Shown: one piece after another, positions 35,576 to 44,731 of the stretch | Layout of the letters: each line of letters begins with the position of its first letter | Position numbering within the stretch: position 1 is the first letter of the stretch | Assembly (NCBI GenBank): GCA_964645705.1 | Contig: CAZYAB010000003.1 | Span: 70,068 to 134,067, forward strand | DNA: 64,000 nt | Direction: 5' to 3' | Origin: an uncultured Methanosarcinales archaeon | GTDB lineage: Archaea; Nanobdellota; Nanobdellia; Woesearchaeales; CAXGTL01 | The notes under the pieces: model-generated | What the model was told of the DNA's origin: nothing | Database searches by the model: none | What the model saw: only the letters and a program-made list of their open reading frames with translations | Translations under genes and position numbers: made by a program

Positions 35576-37108
35576 ATGGACATAAAAAAGCTAGGTAGAT
35601 CATTGTCACCTTTAGAAAGGAAAGTATTGCCCTATTTAAAAGATTATTCTAATTTTGATGATATTGTTAAGGTTTCTGGATTAAAAGATGTTGAAGTGAT
35701 GAGAGCTTTGCAATGGTTGTCTAATAAAGATGTTCTTAAGATAAAAGAAGACGTTAAACAATTTGTTGATCTTGATAAAAATGGTGTTCTGTATTTTAAA
35801 CTTGGTTTGCCTGAAAAAAGGTTCCTCTTATCAATAAAAGAAAAATCTTTGTCATCTTTGGACATTATGATAAGAGCAGAATTAACTAAAGAAGAGATTA
35901 ATGTTTGTATTGGTTTGCTTAAGAAAAAAGGAATTATTGATATAAAAAAAGCTGATGATAAATTATTCTTTGAAATAACTAATTTTGGTAGACAGTTCTT
36001 AGAAAAAACCTCTTTTGAAGAACAGTTCTTGAATAAAAAGTTTCCTGTTGAGTTAAAATTATTAAAACCAGAAGAGAAATTCGCATTTAATGAGCTTAAG
36101 AAAAGAAAAAATATTGTTAAAATAGAGATTAAAAAGATAAAAACTATAGAGCTTACTAGTTTGGGTAATAAATTAAGCAAATTAAAGATTGATACTGATG
36201 TTATTGAAAGACTAACTCCAGATATTATTAAATCTGGTAAATGGAAAAAGAAAGAGTTTAGAATGTATGATGTTGAGATAAATGTGCCTAAGATTAATGG
36301 TGGTAAAAGACATTTTGTTAAACAATCAATTGAGTATGCAAAAAAGGTATGGATGGAACTTGGTTTTAAAGAAATGACTGGTAACATGCTTAGCACTTCT
36401 TTTTGGAATTTTGATGCATTGTTTACTGCACAAAATCATCCTGTTCGTGATCTTCAGGATACTTTTTTTATAAAAGAACCTAGTAAAGGACATCTTCCTG
36501 ATAAAAAATTAGTTAATGCTGTTAAAAAAGCACATGAGACAGGAACAAAAGGAAGCATTGGTTGGCAGTATAAGTGGGATCCTGAAGAAGCAAAGAAAAA
36601 TGTGATGAGACCACACACTACAGTATTGAGTTCAAAGACAATTGCAAGCCTTAGTAAAAAAGATCTTCCTGCTAAATTCTTTGCAGTAGGCAGGTGTTTT
36701 AGAAATGAAGCTGTTGATTGGTGTCATTTGTTTGAATTTAATCAATTTGAAGGAATTGTTATTGATCCTGATGCTAATTTTAGACATTTATTGGGTTATT
36801 TGAAATCATTTTTTAAAAAAGTAGGTTTTGATAAAGCTAGGTTTAGGCCTGCGCATTTTCCTTATACAGAACCTTCAGTAGAAATTGATGTATATCACCC
36901 TGTGCATAAAAAATGGATAGAACTAGGCGGTGCAGGTTTGTTTAGACCTGAGTTGACTGTTCCATTACTTGGGTTTGAATGTCCTATACTTGCATGGGGA
37001 CCTGGTTTAGATAGAATAATGATGGAATATTATAATATCAAGGATTTGCGTGATCTATATAAAAATGATCTTAAACAATTAAGAAATATGAAGATGTGGA
37101 TGAAATAG
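35576..37108 (+). CDS. pheS: Phenylalanine-tRNA ligase alpha subunit
   Basis: Archaeal/eukaryotic-type long N-terminus. Class II motifs are present (HPVRDLQDTFF, FAVGRCFRNE, GAGLFRPE). Confidence 0.95.
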   Translation: MDIKKLGRSLSPLERKVLPYLKDYSNFDDIVKVSGLKDVEVMRALQWLSNKDVLKIKEDVKQFVDLDKNGVLYFKLGLPEKRFLLSIKEKSLSSLDIMIRAELTKEEINVCIGLLKKKGIIDIKKADDKLFFEITNFGRQFLEKTSFEEQFLNKKFPVELKLLKPEEKFAFNELKKRKNIVKIEIKKIKTIELTSLGNKLSKLKIDTDVIERLTPDIIKSGKWKKKEFRMYDVEINVPKINGGKRHFVKQSIEYAKKVWMELGFKEMTGNMLSTSFWNFDALFTAQNHPVRDLQDTFFIKEPSKGHLPDKKLVNAVKKAHETGTKGSIGWQYKWDPEEAKKNVMRPHTTVLSSKTIASLSKKDLPAKFFAVGRCFRNEAVDWCHLFEFNQFEGIVIDPDANFRHLLGYLKSFFKKVGFDKARFRPAHFPYTEPSVEIDVYHPVHKKWIELGGAGLFRPELTVPLLGFECPILAWGPGLDRIMMEYYNIKDLRDLYKNDLKQLRNMKMWMK

Positions 37109-37118
37109 GCAAGATAGG

Positions 37119-37166
37119 CCCGCCATCCAATGCCCCCGATCACCCACTCCTGGGAAAGTAAGTGGC
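37119..37166 (+). repeat. C-rich intergenic repeat, copy E4
   Basis: CCCGCCATCCAATGCCCCCGATCACCCACTCCTGGGAAAGTAAGTGGC, between pheS and pheT. Confidence 0.65.
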
Positions 37167-37210
37167 AATGTATTAAAAAATAAAAAAATAAAGAAAAATA
37201 AAATAAGAAA

Positions 37211-38863
37211 ATGCCAACTGTAACATTAAATAAAAAAATATTTGAACAACTTGTTGGAAAGAAATTGCCTATTGAGAAATTGAAAGATAGGATTAGTATG
37301 CTTGGTACTGATCTTGAATCAATAGAAGGTGATGAGATCAAGGTAGAAATATTTCCTAATAGGCCAGATATGTTGTCTGAGCAAGGATTTGCGCGTGCTT
37401 TTAGTTCTTTTATTGGTGTAAAGACTGGGTTGAGAAAGTATAATGTTAAGAAAAGTAATGCAAAAATCATTGTTGAAGAGTCTGTTGCTGAATACAGGCC
37501 TTGTTCTGCAGCTGCAATTGTTAAAGGTATTAAGTTTACAGATGAATTAATCAGGGAAATTATGCAAAATCAAGAAAAAATACATAAAACACTTGGAAGG
37601 GATAGAACAAAAGTTGCTTTAGGTTACTATATTCTTGATAAAGTAAAGTTTCCTGTTAAGTATAAAGCAGAAGATCCTAAAAAAATAAAATTCCAACCAT
37701 TACACTTTCCAAAAGAAATTAATGGAATGCAAATATTAAGCCAGCATCCAATGGGCAGAGAGTTTGGTAATCAATTAGAAGGATTTGATAAATTCCCTGT
37801 TTACTATGATTCTTTTGGAAAAGTGCTTAGCATGCCACCAATAATAAATTCTGATGAAGCAGGAAATGTTGTTCCAGGTGCCTGTGATGTTTTAGTTGAA
37901 TGTTCTGGATTTGATCAAAGAACTCTTAATATTGCACTAAATATTAGTGTTACAACATTAGCAGACATGGGCGGGGAAATTTATTCTGTTGAAATAAAAT
38001 ATCCTGATAAAAAGATTGTTACTCCTGATCTTAGTCCTAAAAAATGGAAAATAAATCTTGATTTTATCAATAAGTGGTTAGGTTTAGAGCTGAAAGAGAA
38101 GGATCTTAAGAAATTATTAGAAAAAATGGGTTTTGGTTATGAAAAAGGCCATGTTTTGGTTCCTGCTTATAGAGCCGATATTATGCATGAAGTTGATTTT
38201 GCAGAAGATATTGCAATTTCATATGGTTATGAAAATTTTAAAGAAGAAATACCTAATGTTGCCACAACTGGCGAAGAAGACCCACTAGAAATATTCAAGA
38301 GAAAGGTTGTAGAGACATTGGTCGGGTTGGGCTTGCTTGAATTAAATACTTATAATCTAACTAGTGAAGATATTCAGAATAAATTAATGAATGTTAATTT
38401 TGATTTGATTGAAATGGCAAATGCTGTTTCAACAGAGTATGATGTTGTAAGGGCTTGGATGATTCCTGGTCTGCTTGAAGTTTTTAAAAATAATAAACAT
38501 CATGAATATCCTCAAAGAATATTTGATATGGGTGTTGTGTTTAAAAAAGATAAAAAAGGTATAACAGAGACAGGAGCTGTTGAGATGACTAGGTTGGCAG
38601 TGGGTCTTTGTGAAGAAAAAGCTGATTTTACAAAGATAAAGCAGATTTTTGATTATTTAATGAGAATGTTGGATGTTGAATATAAGATGAGAGAAGTAGA
38701 ACATCCGTCATTTATTACAGGAAGAGTTGCAAGGGTGAGTGTTAAAGGTAAAGATGTTGCTTATATAGGAGAAATACATCCGCAGGTATTGGTTAATTTT
38801 GATTTAGATGTTCCTGTTACTGTTTTTGAATTGAATTTGACAGAGTTGTTTGAGTTATTATAA
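37211..38863 (+). CDS. pheT: Phenylalanine-tRNA ligase beta subunit
   Basis: MPTVTLNKK...LGTDLESIEGDEIKVEIFPNRPDMLS, typical of the archaeal B3/B4 N-terminus. Confidence 0.95.
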   Translation: MPTVTLNKKIFEQLVGKKLPIEKLKDRISMLGTDLESIEGDEIKVEIFPNRPDMLSEQGFARAFSSFIGVKTGLRKYNVKKSNAKIIVEESVAEYRPCSAAAIVKGIKFTDELIREIMQNQEKIHKTLGRDRTKVALGYYILDKVKFPVKYKAEDPKKIKFQPLHFPKEINGMQILSQHPMGREFGNQLEGFDKFPVYYDSFGKVLSMPPIINSDEAGNVVPGACDVLVECSGFDQRTLNIALNISVTTLADMGGEIYSVEIKYPDKKIVTPDLSPKKWKINLDFINKWLGLELKEKDLKKLLEKMGFGYEKGHVLVPAYRADIMHEVDFAEDIAISYGYENFKEEIPNVATTGEEDPLEIFKRKVVETLVGLGLLELNTYNLTSEDIQNKLMNVNFDLIEMANAVSTEYDVVRAWMIPGLLEVFKNNKHHEYPQRIFDMGVVFKKDKKGITETGAVEMTRLAVGLCEEKADFTKIKQIFDYLMRMLDVEYKMREVEHPSFITGRVARVSVKGKDVAYIGEIHPQVLVNFDLDVPVTVFELNLTELFELL

Positions 38864-38865
38864 TT

Positions 38866-38914
38866 CCCACCATCCAAACCTCCCGGCCACCCACCCAGGG
38901 TTTGATAAGAGGAC
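38866..38914 (+). repeat. C-rich intergenic repeat, copy E5
   Basis: CCCACCATCCAAACCTCCCGGCCACCCACCCAGGGTTTGATAAGAGGAC, with four C3 tracts (loops 13, 5, 1). It starts 3 nt after the pheT stop. Confidence 0.7.
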
Positions 38915-38932
38915 AAAAAAAGAGGTATAATT

Positions 38933-39466
38933 ATGGTACATTTATGGCATGAGATTAAATCTGGTAATAAGAAACTTGGTGTTGTTAATGTCATAATTGA
39001 GATACCAATGGGTTCTAGATGTAAATATGAATTAGATAAAATATCTGGGGTTATTAAATTGGATAGGATAATACCAAGCGCTGTATCATATCCTGCTAAT
39101 TATGGTTTTATACCACAAACATTGGCAAATGATGGTGATCCATTAGATGTGTTACTTATTTCTTCATCACGTTTTTATCCTGGTATACTTGTCAAAGCAA
39201 AGCCAATAGGTGTTATGATTATGATTGATGGTGGTATTAAGGATGAAAAGATTATATGCGTGCCATTAGGTGATCCTGATTATAAGAATGACAGGTCTAT
39301 AAAGGATCTTTCTGCCTATAAAAAAACTGTTATAGAGGAGTTTTTCAGGGTTTATAAGAATTTAGAAGGAAAAAAAGTTAAAGTAAAGGGCATGAGGCAT
39401 AGGAAAATTGCTCTTAATTTGATAAAAAAAGCTTCTAATGATTATAATAAAAGGTTCAATAAATAA
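38933..39466 (+). CDS. ppa: Inorganic pyrophosphatase (family I)
   Basis: VIIEIPMGSRCKYELD..., YPANYGFIPQTL..DGDPLDVL. Confidence 0.95.
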   Translation: MVHLWHEIKSGNKKLGVVNVIIEIPMGSRCKYELDKISGVIKLDRIIPSAVSYPANYGFIPQTLANDGDPLDVLLISSSRFYPGILVKAKPIGVMIMIDGGIKDEKIICVPLGDPDYKNDRSIKDLSAYKKTVIEEFFRVYKNLEGKKVKVKGMRHRKIALNLIKKASNDYNKRFNK

Positions 39467-39502
39467 GTTAGTTTTATAAACTATATTTTCTTTCTTATTG
39501 TT

Positions 39503-40675
39503 ATGGCTATTAATATTAAGAGAAAAAGTCAAGAAACCAATATAGATGAAGTTGAAAGAGTTATGTTTTCATATGCTAGTTCTTCTAATTATTTAGAAGA
39601 AGAAAACAAATTATTAAAAGAAACAATTAATCAATTAAAAAAGGAAATAGAGAATTATAGAAAAACACCTTTAATGGTTTCTGAAGTAAATGATCTTAAT
39701 AATGATGGATCAGCAATCATAAGGATTCCTAATGGAAATAAGTTTTGTGTAGAAATATCTAATGATATTGATAATATTAAGGTAGGTGATACTGTTCTTG
39801 TTGAACAAAAGAATCTTACCATTATTAGAAAGATTGATTCTAATAAGAGTTTTGATGTTGAGAAATTCGTCATAATTGAAAAACCAAAGATTGATTGGAA
39901 AGAAGTTGGAGGATTAGATGAACAGATAAATGAAATAAAAGAAGTTGTTGAATTACCATTAAAAAAACCACATTTATTTAAAAAAGTTGGAATAGAGCCT
40001 CCTAAAGGCGTTCTTTTGCATGGACCTCCTGGTACTGGTAAAACTATCCTTGCAAAAGCTGTTGCAAATTCAACACATTCAACTTTTATTGAAATAGTTG
40101 GAAGTGAACTAGTTCAAAAGTTTATAGGAGAAGGCGCTAAGTTGGTTAAAGAGGTGTTTCAGTTAGCAAAAGAAAAAGCTCCAAGCATTATATTTATTGA
40201 TGAATTAGATGCAATTGCTGCTACTAGGGTTGATGTTGGTACTTCTGGTGAACGAGAAGTGCAGAGAACATTTATGCAGCTGCTTTCTGAGATAGATGGG
40301 TTTGATAATCTTGGTAATGTAAAGATAATAGGAGCAACAAATAGAAAAGATATTCTAGATAAGGCTGTTATCAGGCCTGGTCGTCTTGATAGATTGATAC
40401 ACATAGATCTGCCTAATGACGATGCAAAGAGAGATATTCTAAAGATTCATACCAATAAAATGAATCTGAGTGATGATATTAGTTTTAAATCAATTATAAA
40501 GCACATGTCTGGGTTTTCAGGTGCAGAGATAAAAGCTGTTTGTACAGAAGCTGGTTATTTTGCTATTCGTAGAGACGAAACAAGTGTTAATAAAAAAGAT
40601 TTCTTAGATGCAATTGAGAAAGTTAAACAAAAAGAAGAATCAGAAAGTAATGATTATATGAGCATGTTTGGTTGA
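39503..40675 (+). CDS. pan: Proteasome-activating nucleotidase (AAA+ ATPase)
   Basis: N-terminal coiled coil, OB domain, GPPGTGKT, IIFIDELD, and a C-terminal hydrophobic-Tyr-X-like end (MSMFG). Confidence 0.95.
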   Translation: MAINIKRKSQETNIDEVERVMFSYASSSNYLEEENKLLKETINQLKKEIENYRKTPLMVSEVNDLNNDGSAIIRIPNGNKFCVEISNDIDNIKVGDTVLVEQKNLTIIRKIDSNKSFDVEKFVIIEKPKIDWKEVGGLDEQINEIKEVVELPLKKPHLFKKVGIEPPKGVLLHGPPGTGKTILAKAVANSTHSTFIEIVGSELVQKFIGEGAKLVKEVFQLAKEKAPSIIFIDELDAIAATRVDVGTSGEREVQRTFMQLLSEIDGFDNLGNVKIIGATNRKDILDKAVIRPGRLDRLIHIDLPNDDAKRDILKIHTNKMNLSDDISFKSIIKHMSGFSGAEIKAVCTEAGYFAIRRDETSVNKKDFLDAIEKVKQKEESESNDYMSMFG

Positions 40676-40678
40676 AAA

Positions 40679-40724
40679 CCCACCTTCCAGCCCCCAACCG
40701 CCCACCCTGGTTTGGTAAGTTGTC
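40679..40724 (+). repeat. C-rich intergenic repeat, copy E6
   Basis: CCCACCTTCCAGCCCCCAACCGCCCACCCTGGTTTGGTAAGTTGTC, with four C3+ tracts (loops 9, 5, 1). It starts 4 nt after the pan stop. Confidence 0.7.
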
Positions 40725-40776
40725 TATTCTGGGGTTGTATTCTGATATTATTAATTCTATTATAGAAAATAAATAT

Positions 40777-40851
40777 GTGTGTGTTCATTAGTTACTTCCG
40801 TTCATCATCACCCGAAGGTTCAGAGGGTGTTCACCAAATCATCACACACAG
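40777..40851 (-). ncRNA. Candidate C/D box sRNA
   Basis: The minus strand reads cUGUGU-GUGAUGA-15nt-CUGA-ACCUUCGGG(A)UGAUGA-13nt-AUGA-ACACACAC. C, D' and C' boxes are recognisable and the termini form a GUGUG/CACAC stem. The D box is a non-canonical AUGA, and one guide spacer is longer than the usual ~12 nt. Confidence 0.4.
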
Positions 40852-40948
40852 TGTTGAGAATGTTTATTTGTTTTTAAAGGTTATTGCATGTTTATGTATT
40901 TTTTAGAGAATATAAGTGTTTATAAATATTATATTGATTCTTTATATT

Positions 40949-41710
40949 ATGATGAAGATTGTTCCAGAATTTATCCCCGCGGGCTTTGATTTAGAAACAA
41001 TGTTAATTAATTATAAGTATGTGTTTGAAAATAATTCTGCGGTTGTTTTAGATACTAATGCTTTTAATCCCCATATTTGGTTTGGTTATTATAGTAAAAA
41101 AAGTTCCGAAGCTTGTTTAGCTCGTTTAGCTCAAGATATAGATTTTAAACATTCTGTTTATCCTCTTGAAGATTTTCTTAAAAAAGTTAGTATTTTATAT
41201 GGTGGTTTGATGGGTCTTATTATAAGCAACAACAATAAAACTCATGTTTTGCCTAATATAAGAAATGAATGTGCAAATAAAATTGAAGCTTACAGAAATT
41301 TTATGAAACACTTTTTAAAAACTGGTTATCTTAAAGATTGTAGAAGGAAAAATCAAAGAAGTATTATTAACCTTTATAATCATATTGCTTACGTGATTGA
41401 AGAAATATTAGAAATAGTTCCCTTTTATGAATTCAATCCCGCCCCTTTTAGATTAAATGTTGATAAGGAGTTAGTACATTATTCATACAGTCTACTAAAA
41501 AAATTAGATAGTGTAACAATCATTTCTTCGGATTATGGGATTTCTAGAATTTTAGAAAAAGAAACTAAGATAACTCCCATTATGAGCACAAAAAAATTAT
41601 CTGTAGTAGGAATTAGACTAATAAGAAGTATGAATTTTATTAACTTAAGAAAATTTTGGGAATCAGGTAATAAAAAACAAAAAGAATATAGAGATGATTT
41701 ATTAAGATAG
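40949..41710 (+). CDS. Hypothetical protein, possibly PIN-like
   Basis: ORF with VVLDTNAF near the N-terminus (PIN-like first acidic motif). The start is placed at the first ATG, whereas the track starts at GTG 40916. Function is uncertain. Confidence 0.5.
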   Translation: MMKIVPEFIPAGFDLETMLINYKYVFENNSAVVLDTNAFNPHIWFGYYSKKSSEACLARLAQDIDFKHSVYPLEDFLKKVSILYGGLMGLIISNNNKTHVLPNIRNECANKIEAYRNFMKHFLKTGYLKDCRRKNQRSIINLYNHIAYVIEEILEIVPFYEFNPAPFRLNVDKELVHYSYSLLKKLDSVTIISSDYGISRILEKETKITPIMSTKKLSVVGIRLIRSMNFINLRKFWESGNKKQKEYRDDLLR

Positions 41711-41712
41711 AA

Positions 41713-42087
41713 TTATTTCTTAACTTTCTCTTTTTCTACTGGCTTTGCTTTTTTCTCTTCTACTTTTACTTGTTTTGTTTCTGTCGCTGCTTTCTTCTTA
41801 CCTTTCCTTTTCTTAACAGGTTTTGCTGTTTTTGGTTTGTCTTTTTTCTTTTTTACTTTGATTTCTATTTCTAAGTCTTTAAAAGTGTCAATTACGTCTT
41901 GGTGAGAAGCATTTTTCTTAATCTTAACTACTTTGTCTAAAGGTTCAATGTGTTTTATATTGCATTTTCTTCTACGAGTTTGACCATCAATAAGAACAAA
42001 ATTATCATCTATTATGTCAATGACTATTGCTTTTTTCTTTGCATCGCGTCCAGCGATCTTTATAACTAATCTTCCTATCTCGATCAT
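41713..42087 (-). CDS. rpl14e: 50S ribosomal protein L14e (eL14), with a Lys-rich C-terminal tail
   Basis: IEIGRLVIKIAGRDAKKKAIVIDIID.NFVLIDG (KOW). Confidence 0.9.
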   Translation of the reverse strand: MIEIGRLVIKIAGRDAKKKAIVIDIIDDNFVLIDGQTRRRKCNIKHIEPLDKVVKIKKNASHQDVIDTFKDLEIEIKVKKKKDKPKTAKPVKKRKGKKKAATETKQVKVEEKKAKPVEKEKVKK

Positions 42088-42347
42088 ATTTTGGCCTCTT
42101 GCTTAATCTTTTGCCTCATACATCTACTGCATAAAACTCCGCCATAAGGTCTTTCAGGTCTTTTCTTGCTTTTACACATTCTTTTAAGCTTAAAAGCACG
42201 AATATTAGGAACTCCTTTTAAAACAGCTCCACATTTACCACATTTAGCCTTACCAGGCTTTCTTTTTCTATAATGAATCTTTGTTTTAGTTGCTGTTTTA
42301 ACAAAAACTCTTCTTCTGCTTCTTGACTTATGTTTTCCACTTACCAT
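42084..42347 (-). CDS. rpl34e: 50S ribosomal protein L34e (eL34)
   Basis: KSRSRRRVFVKT...CGKCGAVLKGVP...RPYGG.LC..C. Confidence 0.9.
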   Translation of the reverse strand: MVSGKHKSRSRRRVFVKTATKTKIHYRKRKPGKAKCGKCGAVLKGVPNIRAFKLKRMCKSKKRPERPYGGVLCSRCMRQKIKQEAKI

Positions 42348-42381
42348 GTTTATCCTTTGAAATAATCTTTTATTTATAAAC

Positions 42382-43167
42382 TTAGTGTATCTTTAATACT
42401 TTTTTAAGTGTTATGTTTGTTACGATTGAAAATAGGATATAAGTCCATATCCAGCCTAATCTTATTCCATTAAAGCTTAATGGTTTCATCTTTTCATTAT
42501 TAATGCTAATGCTATTTACAAAGTCATCATTTATTGGTTTGCTTATTTCAGCATAATTCTTTTCATTAGTTACTAGAACATCTTTTTTATAAATATTGTC
42601 TTCATATTTATATTCTAAAAGATATTCATTTTCTGTCTCTGATTTTAGTTTCCATTCAGCAACATTCTTTTCTTTGTCCCACAACCAGCCTTCTTGTTTT
42701 ATTTTTTTTATTTCTTGTTCTTTATCACCAACTATTTTAATGTTTTCAGGGACAGTTATTGTTGCGCTTCCTGTAATTTCATCTTTAAATTCAATTGTGG
42801 TTGTGAATTCTTGTCCAGGTATAATAGGTACAAAAGCTAGGTGAGCATTTAACCAGCCAAAGACTAAAATAATAGGTATAAATGTAAATATCATTGGTTT
42901 AAATGATTGCATCATATATTTCATATTAACTTCCATTGATTTTTTCTGTATCTCCATCATCTTTTCAGGATTACTTTTGTGCTCTTTCATTTGTTTTTGA
43001 TAACCTTTTAGCTCTTCTCTTAAACTCTTCATAAGATTTTGATCTGTTAAATATTTGTAAAGAATAGTAATTATGGCTGATAAACTAACTGAAATTATAA
43101 TTATTGAAACCAAAGGACTTAATCTTAGCAATGGACTAAGTATTGGGTCTAATATTGATTGCATCAT
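42382..43167 (-). CDS. DUF106 / EMC3-Oxa1-superfamily membrane protein (archaeal YidC-like insertase) with a C-terminal extension
   Basis: A TM helix, then an amphipathic KSLREELKGYQKQMKEHK...EKMMEIQKKSMEVNMKYM coiled region, then a second TM. It sits in the conserved position downstream of secY. Confidence 0.7.
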   Translation of the reverse strand: MMQSILDPILSPLLRLSPLVSIIIISVSLSAIITILYKYLTDQNLMKSLREELKGYQKQMKEHKSNPEKMMEIQKKSMEVNMKYMMQSFKPMIFTFIPIILVFGWLNAHLAFVPIIPGQEFTTTIEFKDEITGSATITVPENIKIVGDKEQEIKKIKQEGWLWDKEKNVAEWKLKSETENEYLLEYKYEDNIYKKDVLVTNEKNYAEISKPINDDFVNSISINNEKMKPLSFNGIRLGWIWTYILFSIVTNITLKKVLKIH

Positions 43168-43180
43168 GATAAATCACCTA

Positions 43181-43320
43181 TTCCATAAACCTCCTCATTG
43201 CAGGATGCGTATCGCATGCACCCTTATCAGGCTGCACCGGGATGGTGCGGCATGCACTCGCTATCGCTCGCTTAGCCCCACATTTCATTCCATAAACCTC
43301 CTCATTGCAGGATGCATATC
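43181..43320. repeat. 33-bp direct duplication of the secY 3' end flanking a 74-bp GC-rich hairpin-containing insert
   Basis: TTCCATAAACCTCCTCATTGCAGGATGC(G/A)TATC occurs at 43181-43213 and at 43288-43320. The sequence at 43214-43287 is GC-rich. It has GCATGC twice (43214-43219 and 43250-43255) and an 8-bp stem at 43231-43238/43244-43251. Confidence 0.8.
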
Positions 43321-44724
43321 CATCATGTGTTGTTTTGCTATTTCTTCATATAATTTATAGATAATCATAACAGCTAGTAATATTCCTGTTCCACGTGACA
43401 ATGCACCTACTAGGTCAGCAAATGCAGCTAAAAATCCTACTGTTATTCCACCCATTATTGTTAAAGGCCAAATGTATCTGTTTAAAATATATTCAAGCAC
43501 TCTAGGGTCTCTTCTAAATCCAGGCACTTGTAAACCTGTATTAAGAATTTGGTTTGCTTGTGACTTTGCATCCATTCCAGATGTTTGCACCCAGAAAACT
43601 GCGAATATCACAGAACCGATTATCATAAATAACATATAACTTAAACCTTGTACATAATGGTCTATTGGAACACCTGTGAAACCATTTATTATTATTTCTC
43701 CTACTAATCCTAGCCTGCCGCCTGGTATTGAAACCCATTTAACAAGACCACTTACAGGATTATTACCTTGATATTGTCCAACAAGGTATTGAGAAATAAA
43801 CATCATAATATTTCCTGCACCTTTTGCAGTCCAATTTTGTAATAATCTGGCTAATAATTGCAGATTTGCCATTAGAGCTGCAACTAAAATAACAGGAATA
43901 TTGCTCGTATAAATAAAAGCAAGAGGCCATCTTATGCCGTGTCCTCTTATTCTACCAAAACTTAATGGTATTTCTACTTTCATTGCTTGTGCATAAACAG
44001 CAATTGCAAATACAAGAACAGTACCAATTACTGCTGCTAATTTTAAACCAACAGTTGTTGTTTCTCCTAATGGTAATGCTCTTATTAGTTCTGGCAGCGC
44101 CCCTATGAATTCTTCTCCTGCTTGTCCGCCTGGTCCAATTACATGGAACCAGCTAAATCCTTGAACAAAGATTTCTTCAGAAACACCTGCTGCAATAAAT
44201 AAACTTATACCATGGCCAAAACCCCATTTAGTTATAACTTCATCTAAGAACATAATCATGATTCCGCCCAAGATTAGTTGAAATATTATTATTGAAGGTG
44301 ATATTCCTACTTCTGGTGGAAGAGCATTCATATAAACATAGATGAAAGCTTCGAATACAACAAAGAAAAACGATGTTAGTTTTTGAATACCTTGATATCT
44401 TTTTCTTCCTTCTGGTGTTTTTGTATCAAATTTAACAAGGCCAGATCCTTGCAACAATTGTAAAACAATTGAACCTGTTACAATCGGACCAATTCCTAAT
44501 GATATGATGCTTCCAAATTTCGCACCCAAAATAATAGAAATAAATTCAAATTGTTCTTTCGCAGCTTGTCCCAATCCGAATAATGGAATAGAACCCATGA
44601 CAAAATAAAGTACTAAAACCATCAATGTCCACTTAAGTTTTTCTTTGAAAGAAACACGTTTTTGTTGTGGACCTTGAACTTCAGGAAGATTGTTTAATAT
44701 TGCGTCATAAAATGCCATTTTCAA
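43285..44724 (-). CDS. secY: Preprotein translocase subunit SecY
   Basis: 479 aa with 10 TM helices and a typical archaeal SecY N-terminus (LPEVQGP...VSFKEKLKWT). Confidence 0.97.
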   Translation of the reverse strand: MKMAFYDAILNNLPEVQGPQQKRVSFKEKLKWTLMVLVLYFVMGSIPLFGLGQAAKEQFEFISIILGAKFGSIISLGIGPIVTGSIVLQLLQGSGLVKFDTKTPEGRKRYQGIQKLTSFFFVVFEAFIYVYMNALPPEVGISPSIIIFQLILGGIMIMFLDEVITKWGFGHGISLFIAAGVSEEIFVQGFSWFHVIGPGGQAGEEFIGALPELIRALPLGETTTVGLKLAAVIGTVLVFAIAVYAQAMKVEIPLSFGRIRGHGIRWPLAFIYTSNIPVILVAALMANLQLLARLLQNWTAKGAGNIMMFISQYLVGQYQGNNPVSGLVKWVSIPGGRLGLVGEIIINGFTGVPIDHYVQGLSYMLFMIIGSVIFAVFWVQTSGMDAKSQANQILNTGLQVPGFRRDPRVLEYILNRYIWPLTIMGGITVGFLAAFADLVGALSRGTGILLAVMIIYKLYEEIAKQHMMDMHPAMRRFME

Positions 44725-44731
44725 TTAAATT

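Noticed and set aside
35644-36396. 250-aa minus-strand ORF inside pheS, and other antisense ORFs such as 21671-22168, 37030-37470, 58044-58529 and 60037-60366
   Set aside because: They overlap strongly motif-supported genes on the opposite strand. Their composition is Ser/Leu/Phe/Ile-rich, typical of shadow ORFs in AT-rich DNA.
40777-40851. The same GC-richer hairpin-closed segment as a tRNA
   Set aside because: A GTGTGTG/CACACAC stem is present, but no D, anticodon or T arms can be drawn. The box motifs fit a C/D sRNA better.
43214-43287. GC-rich 74-bp segment as a tRNA gene
   Set aside because: Neither strand shows a T-loop (GTTCRANYC) or a cloverleaf-compatible arm layout, and the acceptor ends do not pair. 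It is kept only as a structured insert.
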